A stretch of DNA of 64,000 nucleotides from Eukaryota sp. TZLM1-RC. Its lineage: Eukaryota > Protista > Metamonada: BaSk clade. The stretch lies in the NCBI GenBank assembly GCA_040285825.1, contig JAUPSS010000001.1, forward strand, positions 1,054,001 to 1,118,000, given 5' to 3'. The translations under genes and the position numbers were made by a program. Shown piece after piece: positions 1 through 10,900 of this stretch (the first letter of the stretch is position 1; each line of letters opens with the position of its first letter). The notes below the pieces were generated by a model that saw only the letters and a program-made list of their open reading frames with translations, made no database searches and was not told where the DNA came from.

Positions 1-1780
1 TGGTGCTTCATCTGCTGCTCTTTCGTCTGATGTGTTTTTTTAATTCTAGTGATTCAAATTACATCTTCAATTTAGATTTTAAGAATGCTTTGGATGATAT
101 TTCTGTAATTGCTCCTATTAAAATTCTCAAACAAATAGCAACTTTTATTCAAAAGCGTTATGAAGATATTGGTCTCTCATTGAATATCTCCAAATGTTTG
201 ATTATTGGCCATGAACCAATTGATTTTTTCATTAATGGTGTCAATGTCCCCTTTATCAATTATGATCAGTCTGATTTTCGATTTTTGAATTTGTTATCTC
301 AAGAATATTGAAGAAGTCAAAAGTCAACTTTCGACACTGTTGACTCAATTTGGAAATGAATTAGAATCAATAGAAAATTTAAATATTGAGAAACATTTGA
401 AATTTTTTTTTCTAAAAATTTGATATTTTGGAAAATTTACTCATCTTTTGAGACCAACATCACCATCAATTTCTTTGGAGTTTTGTCGCATTTTCAATGA
501 ACAAAACACCAATTTTTTAGCTAAATTATTGGAAATTGATGCATCTCAGTTACAAAACCACATTTTTTGTGGTACAAATTTTGGTGGTGTTGATTTTCAT
601 AAATCAAGCTACCTTTGTAAAGCTGCCTTTATTGGAGGTGGAAAGAATTTTATTTATGAATTTGTGAATCGTTTTCCTGAAAAAATTCATCTCATTGAAA
701 ATTGTGGCAGCTCTTAGCTTATTTCATTGCAACAAGAAATTGAAACTCTTTCACCCAATATTTGGACTAAATGTTTCCCCTCTGATATTGTGGAACTTCC
801 TTCAAGAAGCTTGCTCTCCTTACCACTGACTTTTGCAAAATTGCAGAAAAAAAATCTTGAAAGTTTTAGAAAACGTGGATTATATTGTACGTCTTAGCTT
901 GGCTAAAGAAAAAAAATCCCGTTTTTGCAAACTTCATGATTGATCTTGAAGACAGTTGCTCAAGTTGTCTAATCTACCAAATTCCCAAAATTTATGGTCT
1001 TCGACTTAATGATCACCAATGGACCACTGCAATGAGAATGAGATGTTTTCTATGGCCTTGTTCTTTACCAAATGATTTAATTGGTCGCTGCAAGAGCGTT
1101 GTTACGCCTTCCCATATTTTAAACTGTAAGTATTTCATAACTTATCGCTCAATTGTTCATGACTCAGTTCGTGATCAATTATATGCCACGTGCAAAAGTT
1201 TCAATATAGAGGCATTTATTGAGACATCAGTACGTACGCTGTCTTCAGATCAAAATGATGATTCCTTTGGTAAAAGAAGGGCAGATTCAGTGGCTCCAGG
1301 GATCGATGGTGTTCTCAATGTTGTAGATGTTGTCTCAGTTGCTGTTTGCAAAAATTCTGCTGCTCGTTTAGTGTATTTCGCTGATTCGCCGTTATCTAAC
1401 GCCCAACAAAAAGACGATAAAAAATATGAAGAACCTTTGGCACAGTTAGGTAGAGTGGAACATGTGAAATATCAGTTTGTGCCGTTTTCAATTTCTCTTT
1501 CTGGCAATATTGGACATTCAGGGTTGCACTTTTTTGAAAATTTCAAAAAAGTGTTACTGAATAGGTCTGGTAAAACAATGAATTCCACTTTCTGGTTAAA
1601 TAGAATGGTTTTTTGCATTTTCAAGTCTATTCCAATAATGATTTCAAAGGCACTTTTAGCTATTGGTGTAGAATATGAACGTAATGCTGTGAGTAGGTTT
1701 AGTAATAGTGACGCTTGTTTGGAGGATATTGATTTCTAGATGGGTTTTTTATCTCAACAAATATTCCAGTTAAAAAAAGG
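1..1780 (+). mobile_element. Decayed RLE-type (CRE/R2-like) non-LTR retrotransposon, family A (divergent subfamily): RT C-terminal half, Zn knuckle and restriction-like endonuclease
   Basis: ORF pieces give the RT motifs (A)LDDISV and GLSLNISKC, a thumb-like GGVDF, then C..H..C, HDSVRD, RRAD...VVDV and K..KY, ending EDIDF*. Stops and frameshifts lie between the pieces, and a short A-rich tail follows. Confidence 0.85.
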
Positions 1781-1977
1781 TACCTATATTTATTGCTCAG
1801 TTAAAAATGTTATTGATCAATTACTCAATTTTTTTCAACTCTGTGAAATAGAACCCAAAATGAATAACTGATAAACCTACATTGCGTTGTTTAAAAAATT
1901 GAGTTTCTCTAAATTAAAACATTCCAAAAACAGAAAATTTGAATCATTACTAAAGTCACCAATAACGCACTTTTCTG

Positions 1978-4900
1978 TTACGAATAAAAGACATGAATTA
2001 CAAGCAATACAATACTGCATAGAGCACCAATGTAAGACACAACAGCGTTCTTTTGACCAGAAAAAAAAGTTGAAACAAGAAAAACAATTGTTTGGGTAAT
2101 TAATTGAATTGTAAATTCAGAGTTTAGAAGTATGATTAGTAAAAGAGCTAGCAACAATGATCTAAACCTGTCATTATCTTTGTGGTATTTATGAAGTACA
2201 TTATAACAGTACACCAATACTCCCAACAACAATAAAATTTCAATATCTAACTCGAAAACGATTAATTTAGCATAAATACCAATAAAACCAGTAAACAAGC
2301 AGAAGTGGCAGTAATAAGAGTCTTTGAATTGAAATTTGTGTCCCAAAACTTTTCTACAAAAATAATAATTGATCAAAAAACAAGAAATCAAGAGCAAAAA
2401 CCCAAATCTATTACCAAATAATGATGCACTTAAAGAAAAAGGTACAGTGATGAAGACAATATTACCATTAATAAGTACTGACAAAACCATCAAAATTCTT
2501 AAAGGACAAATGACTTGTCCCGTATACTGAGTAAGTAAGTAGATTGCGTTTTCTGATAACGAAGGCATATTGATTTGGTTCCATATTCTCTTATAAAAGT
2601 TTTTCGAAAACCTCAGGTAATATTCACTGATTATCAATAAAAAAGCAAGAACCAAATTAAAAGCAAGACCAATTATAGTAGTAAAAGTACTTGCTCCAAT
2701 ACAAACAAACCCATATCTTTTGGTCCCATCAATACACTCAGTACAATCAATTCCTTTTGTATTAAATCGACATTGGTTATTTCTACATGAATACCTATAA
2801 GGACACGAAATTGCTCCTGTTTCGAGGGTAAACTTATAACCATTTGAAACACTTACTAACTCACCATATTCACAAGTACTGAATTTTGGGCACTTAGTGC
2901 AAACTTTTCCATCATCAAACTCAGATTTTGGACAAACACATTCACTCAAATTTGAAGAACCAATTGATTGAGTAATTTTGTCTTGTGGGCAACCAATACA
3001 TTGACCTAACAAAGGATTATCCAAATAATAACCCAATGGACAAGGTTCGCACTCCCCTACAGAACCAAGAACTGTTCCTGGCTTACAATGACATTCGTTA
3101 TTTAGGTTTATTCTAGTTGGATCACAATCGTTTAAGGTAAACATAGCTGAAGTAAGTGTTGATTGGTGAGAGAATAGTATTTCGATTTCAGCTAATGGTA
3201 AACCAGTTACTTCATATTCATTAAAACTTGACACGTAGTGAGTGATCATTAAATCATGTGATAAATCAACTTCATATAAACTGAGTGATTGGGTATAATT
3301 GACCAATAAATCTTGAGTATTTAGAGTTATTTCAAGAGTAATAAGGGAACAACTACTGTAAAACAAATTTAAACGATTACATTGATTAATTTCAAAAACG
3401 TTCACTAATAATTCTTCTTTAAACTCTTGGAACAGCAAGAAATTAAGCTTTGAGTTTTGTACAATTCCAAGTGATATTGAGTGATTTCCTGGAAAAATAC
3501 TGTGAATAACAAACTGAATTGAATTGAACGACTGAATATAATAATAATTATAACTGAAACTTGTAAAATTGACTAAATTGGTTTGACCAAAATCAAAACA
3601 ATTAACAATTAGGTTGTTTGAATCTCGACATTGAAAATTTAAAATAAATGAGTTTGAAATCATAGTGACTGTATCATTTACTAAAATGATAGATTGTGGT
3701 TTTTGAGGCTCAATTAATGCACTGATCATTGACGTTGGATGATAACAATCGGGAGAAGAAAATGAATAATTAACATTAAAGGGTTTGGTGATAACTTTGC
3801 CAAGAATTGTATCATCCAGCAGTGTGGTAATTGAGTCAATAACTTCAAACATTTTCCCATCAACATTATAATAACCATTAATAGAAACAAAATCTCCTGT
3901 AGAAGTCATTCCTAAAAAATCATCAATTGGTCTCAAACACTTGCTACCTTTATATCCATGAATTTCTATTTCAAATAATAGCACATTTTTTAATATTTCA
4001 AAAGTAATTGAGTCAATATTACTAAAATCAACCTCAATACTACACATTAAAGCATCATCAAAACCATTCAAAAGTGATTCACATTTCCACACATCATTGG
4101 TGGTGTTACTAAGCCTAATTGGTGATGTTTGTGAGAAATGCCAACATGAAGAATTGGTGGTGAGAGTAATTGACATTATTTGGTAAGTTTCAGTAAATTG
4201 AATGGTAAACTCCTCTCCAGCTTTGAAACTAGAATAGCAATCACCAAGTGCAACAAGGCAACACCTAGTTTTATCGAATAAGTGAATTAATGGTTCGGTA
4301 CTGATAACCAAGTCTGTATATTGAACATGAGATACTTGATCTGCAACGAAACATTGATCTACAAAAAAGGGTTCAGAAGCTAACTCCAAACTACCAATTT
4401 CCAAGTCAAAATAGTAAATACTAACCTTGACAAATTCCTTGTAAGAAGAAATAATGACATTTTTGCAGATTAGATTTAAACCATCAATGATAACATCAAA
4501 TGATTTACCTTGAATGACACAATATATTGGTGGTTTTAGTACAGCATTAGTTTCGATGACAACATCGCCAGGTGTAAAGATTGAAGTTGTGGACTCTGAA
4601 AAGAGCTCAATGTCAAAAATTTGCAATTGTGTTGCTAACAATAGTCCAAATATATCCGAAACTAACTCAAAATCCACTATACTTACAGGGTTAGTCAAAT
4701 TCAAATGATATGGGATGAGAGTTACCTCAATTGTTTGGACATAATATTCTGCATTTTCCACACAAAAAATCAATTCATAGGCCAGATACTTATCGTCAAT
4801 AGTGAGGTAATAATCGTTGAAGTTACTAAATCCAGCTTCGATCAAAATATTCAAAGTAATATTATCAGATCTGCTACTGTAATCATTTGCCAAGATCTTA

Positions 4901-7900
4901 CATTTTGGTGGTTCAACTATTTGAAATATCAATTCTTTTGTAACGGTTGATTCGTAATAATTAACCACTAATTCAATTACACAAACTTCCACTTCAGATC
5001 CAAGTACTTCTAATTCGATTTGATTCTCTTTTGATGCATATTCAACACTGCAACTACTTAAAGAATTAATCTCAATATTTGACACAGAATAGGGAAAATT
5101 AATAGAAAAATTGTAAGATAAATTAACGGCGATAAATTCTGAGATATGATCAAGTGTAATCATCTCTGAAACAGTTCTAAAATCAAGAGTAATAATTTTT
5201 GGTTCTTTTTGTGTGATCAAAGAGTTCTTATCAGCAGAGATTTTGAAAATCTCATTACCATAGAATAATTCCAAGTATGACTCACTGAAATGAGAGTAAA
5301 TAATTAATTCTGATTGAGGGAAATATAATGGCACAATAACAAGAAAATCATCACAATTAACAGTAAATAAATCAACAACGCTACCAAAACCAGTATACTG
5401 CAAAGAATGATTACCTATTGATGTAAATCCAATTGTGAAAGTAGCAGAGGTTGGTCCTTCAATTGAAACTTCAACAACTTGACCACCAAAAATTACTGAA
5501 TTTTCCCAGAGAGTACTATCATAATGATCAAAATTTTCACCTGTCAATGTCATCAACACATCAGTTGTCTTGTATTGCCATTGAACTAATTTTGGACTTA
5601 ATGAATCAATAGTTACTGCTTCTGGTAAACTTTCAATATTCTTACAGCGAGATTTTGTACATAACCTGATATTTGCTTTGTTTCTGTTTTTGACTATATA
5701 TTTTATTAAAAAGCATCCAGGTTTTAAAACTTCATACTCAGTAATGGAGATGTCACCTTCACCAACTGGGAAATAGTCATGCAAATCAACATTATCAAAA
5801 AGTACACAAACTTTGATTATGCAGATTTGGTGTGTGATGCATATATAGTGTGTGGGTAAAACATAAAAATCAACAACTGGAACTTCAATTACATGTGTAA
5901 AATTTTTAGAAAGCTGCACAAGAAGCTGCAAACTATCAACTCCAGCTAGGTCAAAAGTGAGCTCAAATTCAGTAGGACCAGTAATCGTCCAGTTTAAAGG
6001 AACATTGCCAACAAGTTCTATATCATTACATTGGGATAGGGTATTAAAGGTTAAATCTTGATTCAAAGTCAGAGAAATTTCCTCATCAAAAGGGTTGAGT
6101 GAATTTGAACTGGTATTGTAAAGAGGAAAGATTACTGAAAATTCATAACTTTTTGATGATAAACCGTCAACTACAATTGCCAAGGAAAAAGTTGAGGAAA
6201 AGTCACAAATATTGTCTATTTGTATAACTAATTCAGTATGGTTAATAGAAATGATAGAGTAATCAAGGGTTGCATCAAAAAAATCAACATTAATTAAGTC
6301 TAAACTATTGAAAAAATTCTGTCCCTTTAAAAACAAAATATTTTGAAATGAAAAAGAATTAAGTTGAGTGAAATCCACCGTTGGTGTATCACAACAAAAG
6401 GTCAGTAATAAAATAATATTATCAAGACTTCTTTTGACTTCTACATCATGACAACCCGATCCTGGAAACACAAAAAGTCTAATAGACTCATGATTGATTG
6501 GGGAATCTGGTATAATGAAACTGATAGTACTACTTGAAATTAATAATGAATCATGACCTAAATTAGTACCATTTAATAAGAATTCTTTACCTTGAGTTGG
6601 TGTTGAAGGGATTGAAAGCTCTGGTGAACATAGTTGGAAAAATGTTTTGTGGAAAAACTGAATAATTGGTGATGAAAAATGAACTTCAAAGTAATCGAGG
6701 GAGCTGTTTGCTGCATAATTATCATTGAATGTCAATGATGTGTAATTGCTGAAGGAAAAGAGTTTTTTAAAAGCAGAATTATATTCGTCAATTAACACAA
6801 AGTCTTCAATTAATTCAGCAAAATGAAAGTTAAATTTAATTTGCCATTCTCTTGTACCAACACATTCCTTAATTGTTGCTAATTCACCAACCATAAGCTC
6901 TAAATTGAGGTATTTATCCTTGCCTGAAATGGAACTTTTCCCATCCAACACAATTGAACTAAACAATACAGAATGCTTTGTTTTCAGTTCAATGGTAGAA
7001 TTTGCGAGAGATAGCTTTGTTAGAGCTAAGTAGTCAAGAAAACTGACAAAAAAAGCTGTAGAATCCTCAAAATTTAGTTCAAAGTAAAGGATTGTATCAA
7101 CTAAACAACCAATCAAATCTGATTGAATTATAGTAAACGTTGAATTGATGGAACTAATTAAATAATTTTGTTGTTTACAAGTAAAAACATTGGGAATTCC
7201 ATCAAAAGTGTAACCAACCATTTCCAATTGGGTTAGTTCTAAATAGCTTTGATCTAAATTTAATAAATTACCACTAGTAAGGGTAAGATTGATTAAGTAA
7301 GTTTTGGTTAACTCACTGTTTGATTTCAGTGAATCAAATAATGAAAAGAGCTCACAATCAAAAACATCAAAATCAACTGAAAAGAAATCGGTATCAAAAA
7401 CTTCAATCAAAGGTGAATCAGAAGCAACTTTTTCCAAAGTAAAATTTCCAAAGACTACTTCACTAGTGTCTTGGGCTAGTAAAAACTGACCCTTTGAGTG
7501 ATCAACTATTACATTATTTAATTGAACACTAGATAAGGTAGTATTAAAGAACAAAGAGCTATGACAATTTGAAACATTGAGTGAATTAAAAACAACATCA
7601 CTAGTGAAGGCTTCCATAAAATTTAAATCAGAATTAACAACCAAGAAATCAGAAATTGAAATGCTGGAATTTGTAGTAGAGATGATTGAAGGATCCACTT
7701 TACCAAAGTCACTATCCATCGTTGAGGTGGAATCACCAGCTTTCACACTTAACCGTCCAAATTGATCATCACTCTTTACATCACCAACTATACCCTCAAA
7801 ATTGTCAAATTTCATATCAGATATTTTTAGGTTAAAATTGATGGATTCAACACTATAAGAGGATTTTGAAACTTTATCGTTACAATTTTTTACAAAATGT

Positions 7901-10900
7901 GAATGAGTAAGATCATGCTTATCTGAAATAACATTAAATTCATAATTACTGGAAGAAAAAGTAGATTGCCCTTTCGCTTGAGAAACAGGAGAACCAGTAA
8001 GGTTCCGTAAAGTTAAGCTGACAACATTAACAGTACTTGAATCAAAGGAAAAATGTTCACTTGTATCGGAATCAACTATTTCAACTTCAGAGATATTTAC
8101 ATCAGAATCTTTTGAATCAAATGTTTTTGACCTAAAGCCAGAAACCTTGGAGTTGCTTAAATCAAAGGAAGTAGTGCTTCTAAGTTTGAAAATAGGGGAG
8201 TCAATACTACAACTAACTGGATTAGGAGAGGAAGAGCTTTGGTGAATGGTTTTGAGGTTGTTGATAGTGATTTTAGAATCGAAACTATCCAATAATCCAC
8301 CATTATATCCATAAAAATGATAGGAATTCATATTTGTAACAATAGATTCAGAATTTTTGGAATAAATAAATGATTTAACACATGAATGGTATAGATTTGA
8401 ATCTGAGAGAATTAATGAAGAATTATCCTTGTTAACAATGACATTAGTAATTGGAGACTTAAGGGAAACAAAATCTGAAGCAAGAATTTCCACTTTGGAA
8501 TTATCAGAAATATCAAATACTTTACCTTCCAGTTCTGTAAACTTACTATTTGTAAACTTAATATTAGAATCAATAACCTCAACATGGCCATTATTGTTGG
8601 ACTGTTCTACCGCAAAATCTTCAAAAGTGATGGTAGAACCTGTGATTCTCAGTGAAGCAACAGAACAAGAAAGTAAATTAATACCCGTAAACTTCATATC
8701 AGAGTCTATGATTGAAAGCAAAGGAGCATTGGAAGAAGGACAGGGAAACTTCACAGTGTTGTTGGCACGTTTGACATCCCATTCAACATTATAAAACTCA
8801 TAAGGCAAAGTGCCAGATGTAAATTCACCAGGTAATACCCAGACTGTGCCTTTTCCACCCATTCTTTCCTTAATTCGGCCAAATGTTTGACACGGTCTTT
8901 CTACAGTACCACAGCATCTGTTGTCTGTGCCTATATGCTGAATATACGAAACTTTTTGTAGATCAGGAATGATTGAAGAGCTGATAGTGATTATGAATTC
9001 ATCTGAATGGTACTCATGATCAAGGAAAGTCGCACATTTGAAGTTTGTATTTGCAAAGTTAGCATGGTATGAACTATACTTCAATACAGCAAATCCGTCA
9101 TTTCTACCAATAGGCTGCATAGTGAAGGAAACATCCAAAGTTCCGCCCAAAGTAACATGTCCTGTACTATAAACTCTTGTAATTGAAGACGCATCGTAAA
9201 TATAGGCATGTAGAGTTGCAGTACTTTGAAGTACCAGATCAGCTTCTACTTCAAGTTTATCATGGGGATAGATTTCGCCATAAATGTGGGTTTTGTGCAA
9301 CAAAGACCCATATCCTGATATCCACTTGGATTGTTTAATAACAATAGTGTGATCAGAATCAATAGACGCATCATCTTCCAGTTTAACATGAGATCCAAGA
9401 TCAAATTCAGTGGCAAACAGACTGACAGCTGACAAGGTAAGGTTCTTTTGAGTAATCAATTTTAATTGTAAGTCAGTGTTTGCGTTAATATTGGCAAACC
9501 CATAAACATTTAACAAAGACCTTCTGGAACTACTACCATGGCCTGATGAAGTCACAGTGAATGGAGAAGAGACGGTGAAATCTTTTTTTGAAATTATTTG
9601 AGCAGAATCCCCAATATCCATACTAGAGGAACCGACAATGGAAAAAGGTTCAAGGAAAGTTAGTTTAGAATTAGAGTAGATGGAGAGTGAAACATCCTCT
9701 ACAAAAAATGGTTCCTCAATGGTAAGGTCATTAGCGTAAATACTACCCCCAGTCCAATGTAATTTACGCACAGTATAAGCATTATTATTACAAAAGTTCA
9801 ATCTACCACCAGTCACTGTTGCTGAGTCCAGGTGACGTGGCGAAGAAGGACACTGGAGTGAGCAAGTACCTCCAGAAACTGAAAAAAGAGTAGCAGAATT
9901 CGTATTAATTTGACCATTTGAAATAGTAGTTGTGCCAGAAGTGTGAGTAAATGTAGCACTATTTAGATTAAACGTACCAACTGACAATGAAGCAGAACCT
10001 CCACGGTTTCTAAAGGTTCTGGAACTTGGTATAGTTAAAGTATTAACATTATTAATATCAAAAGAACCAGATCGAATATCAGTATTTCGAAGGGTAAGAG
10101 TTCCATCGATATTGGAAAATTGTGCTCTACCTGAACTTCCAGAATTCAATTCAATATCTTGAACAAACATGTTATTAGTCAAAGATTGAACCTCAAAGGT
10201 TGAAGTTGATTGAATAAGTAGTTTGGCATTGAAATTGACATTATGTCCATTTATGACAAATGAACTACCTGAAACTAACGTAAAGGTACCAAAAACAGTG
10301 GAAGTGCCACGATTATCACCAAGAATTAAAACAGAATTAGTTTCATGAATAGTTTCCAAAACGTTGAAATTACCATCGATTCTCTTAATTTCCAAATGAC
10401 AATTGACCAAGTTTAAGGAATTTACTCTAAATTGCTGTGCAACTCTATCTATAAAGAAGCTGCCACCATTGCAATTGACATCACCGTCTATAATAAAATC
10501 ATCATTAATTTCTGCATAATGAATGATCTGCCCTTCACCAATATCCAAGTCATCTGAACCACCACTAGTAGGAACATCAATTTCACCATCTCCAATTAGT
10601 TGAATATGGCGAATATCAGTACTACCACCAACATCACCTACCTTAAAATTTCCACCAGCCACTAGATCATCAATGGTTAGATCGCCGTCAACTTTACCAA
10701 TATTTAGGTCGCCGTTATTTTTAACAATAATATTTTCAATGAACAAATCACCTTCTACTTCGTCAACAGTAAAATCACCGTCAACAATTAAATCATCAAT
10801 TATCAAATCTCCACCGACATCACCAATTTCAGTAGTACCATCTTCTTGATCAAACTCATCTATTTTAAGGTCTCCATCAGTTTTGAGAATACGTAAAATA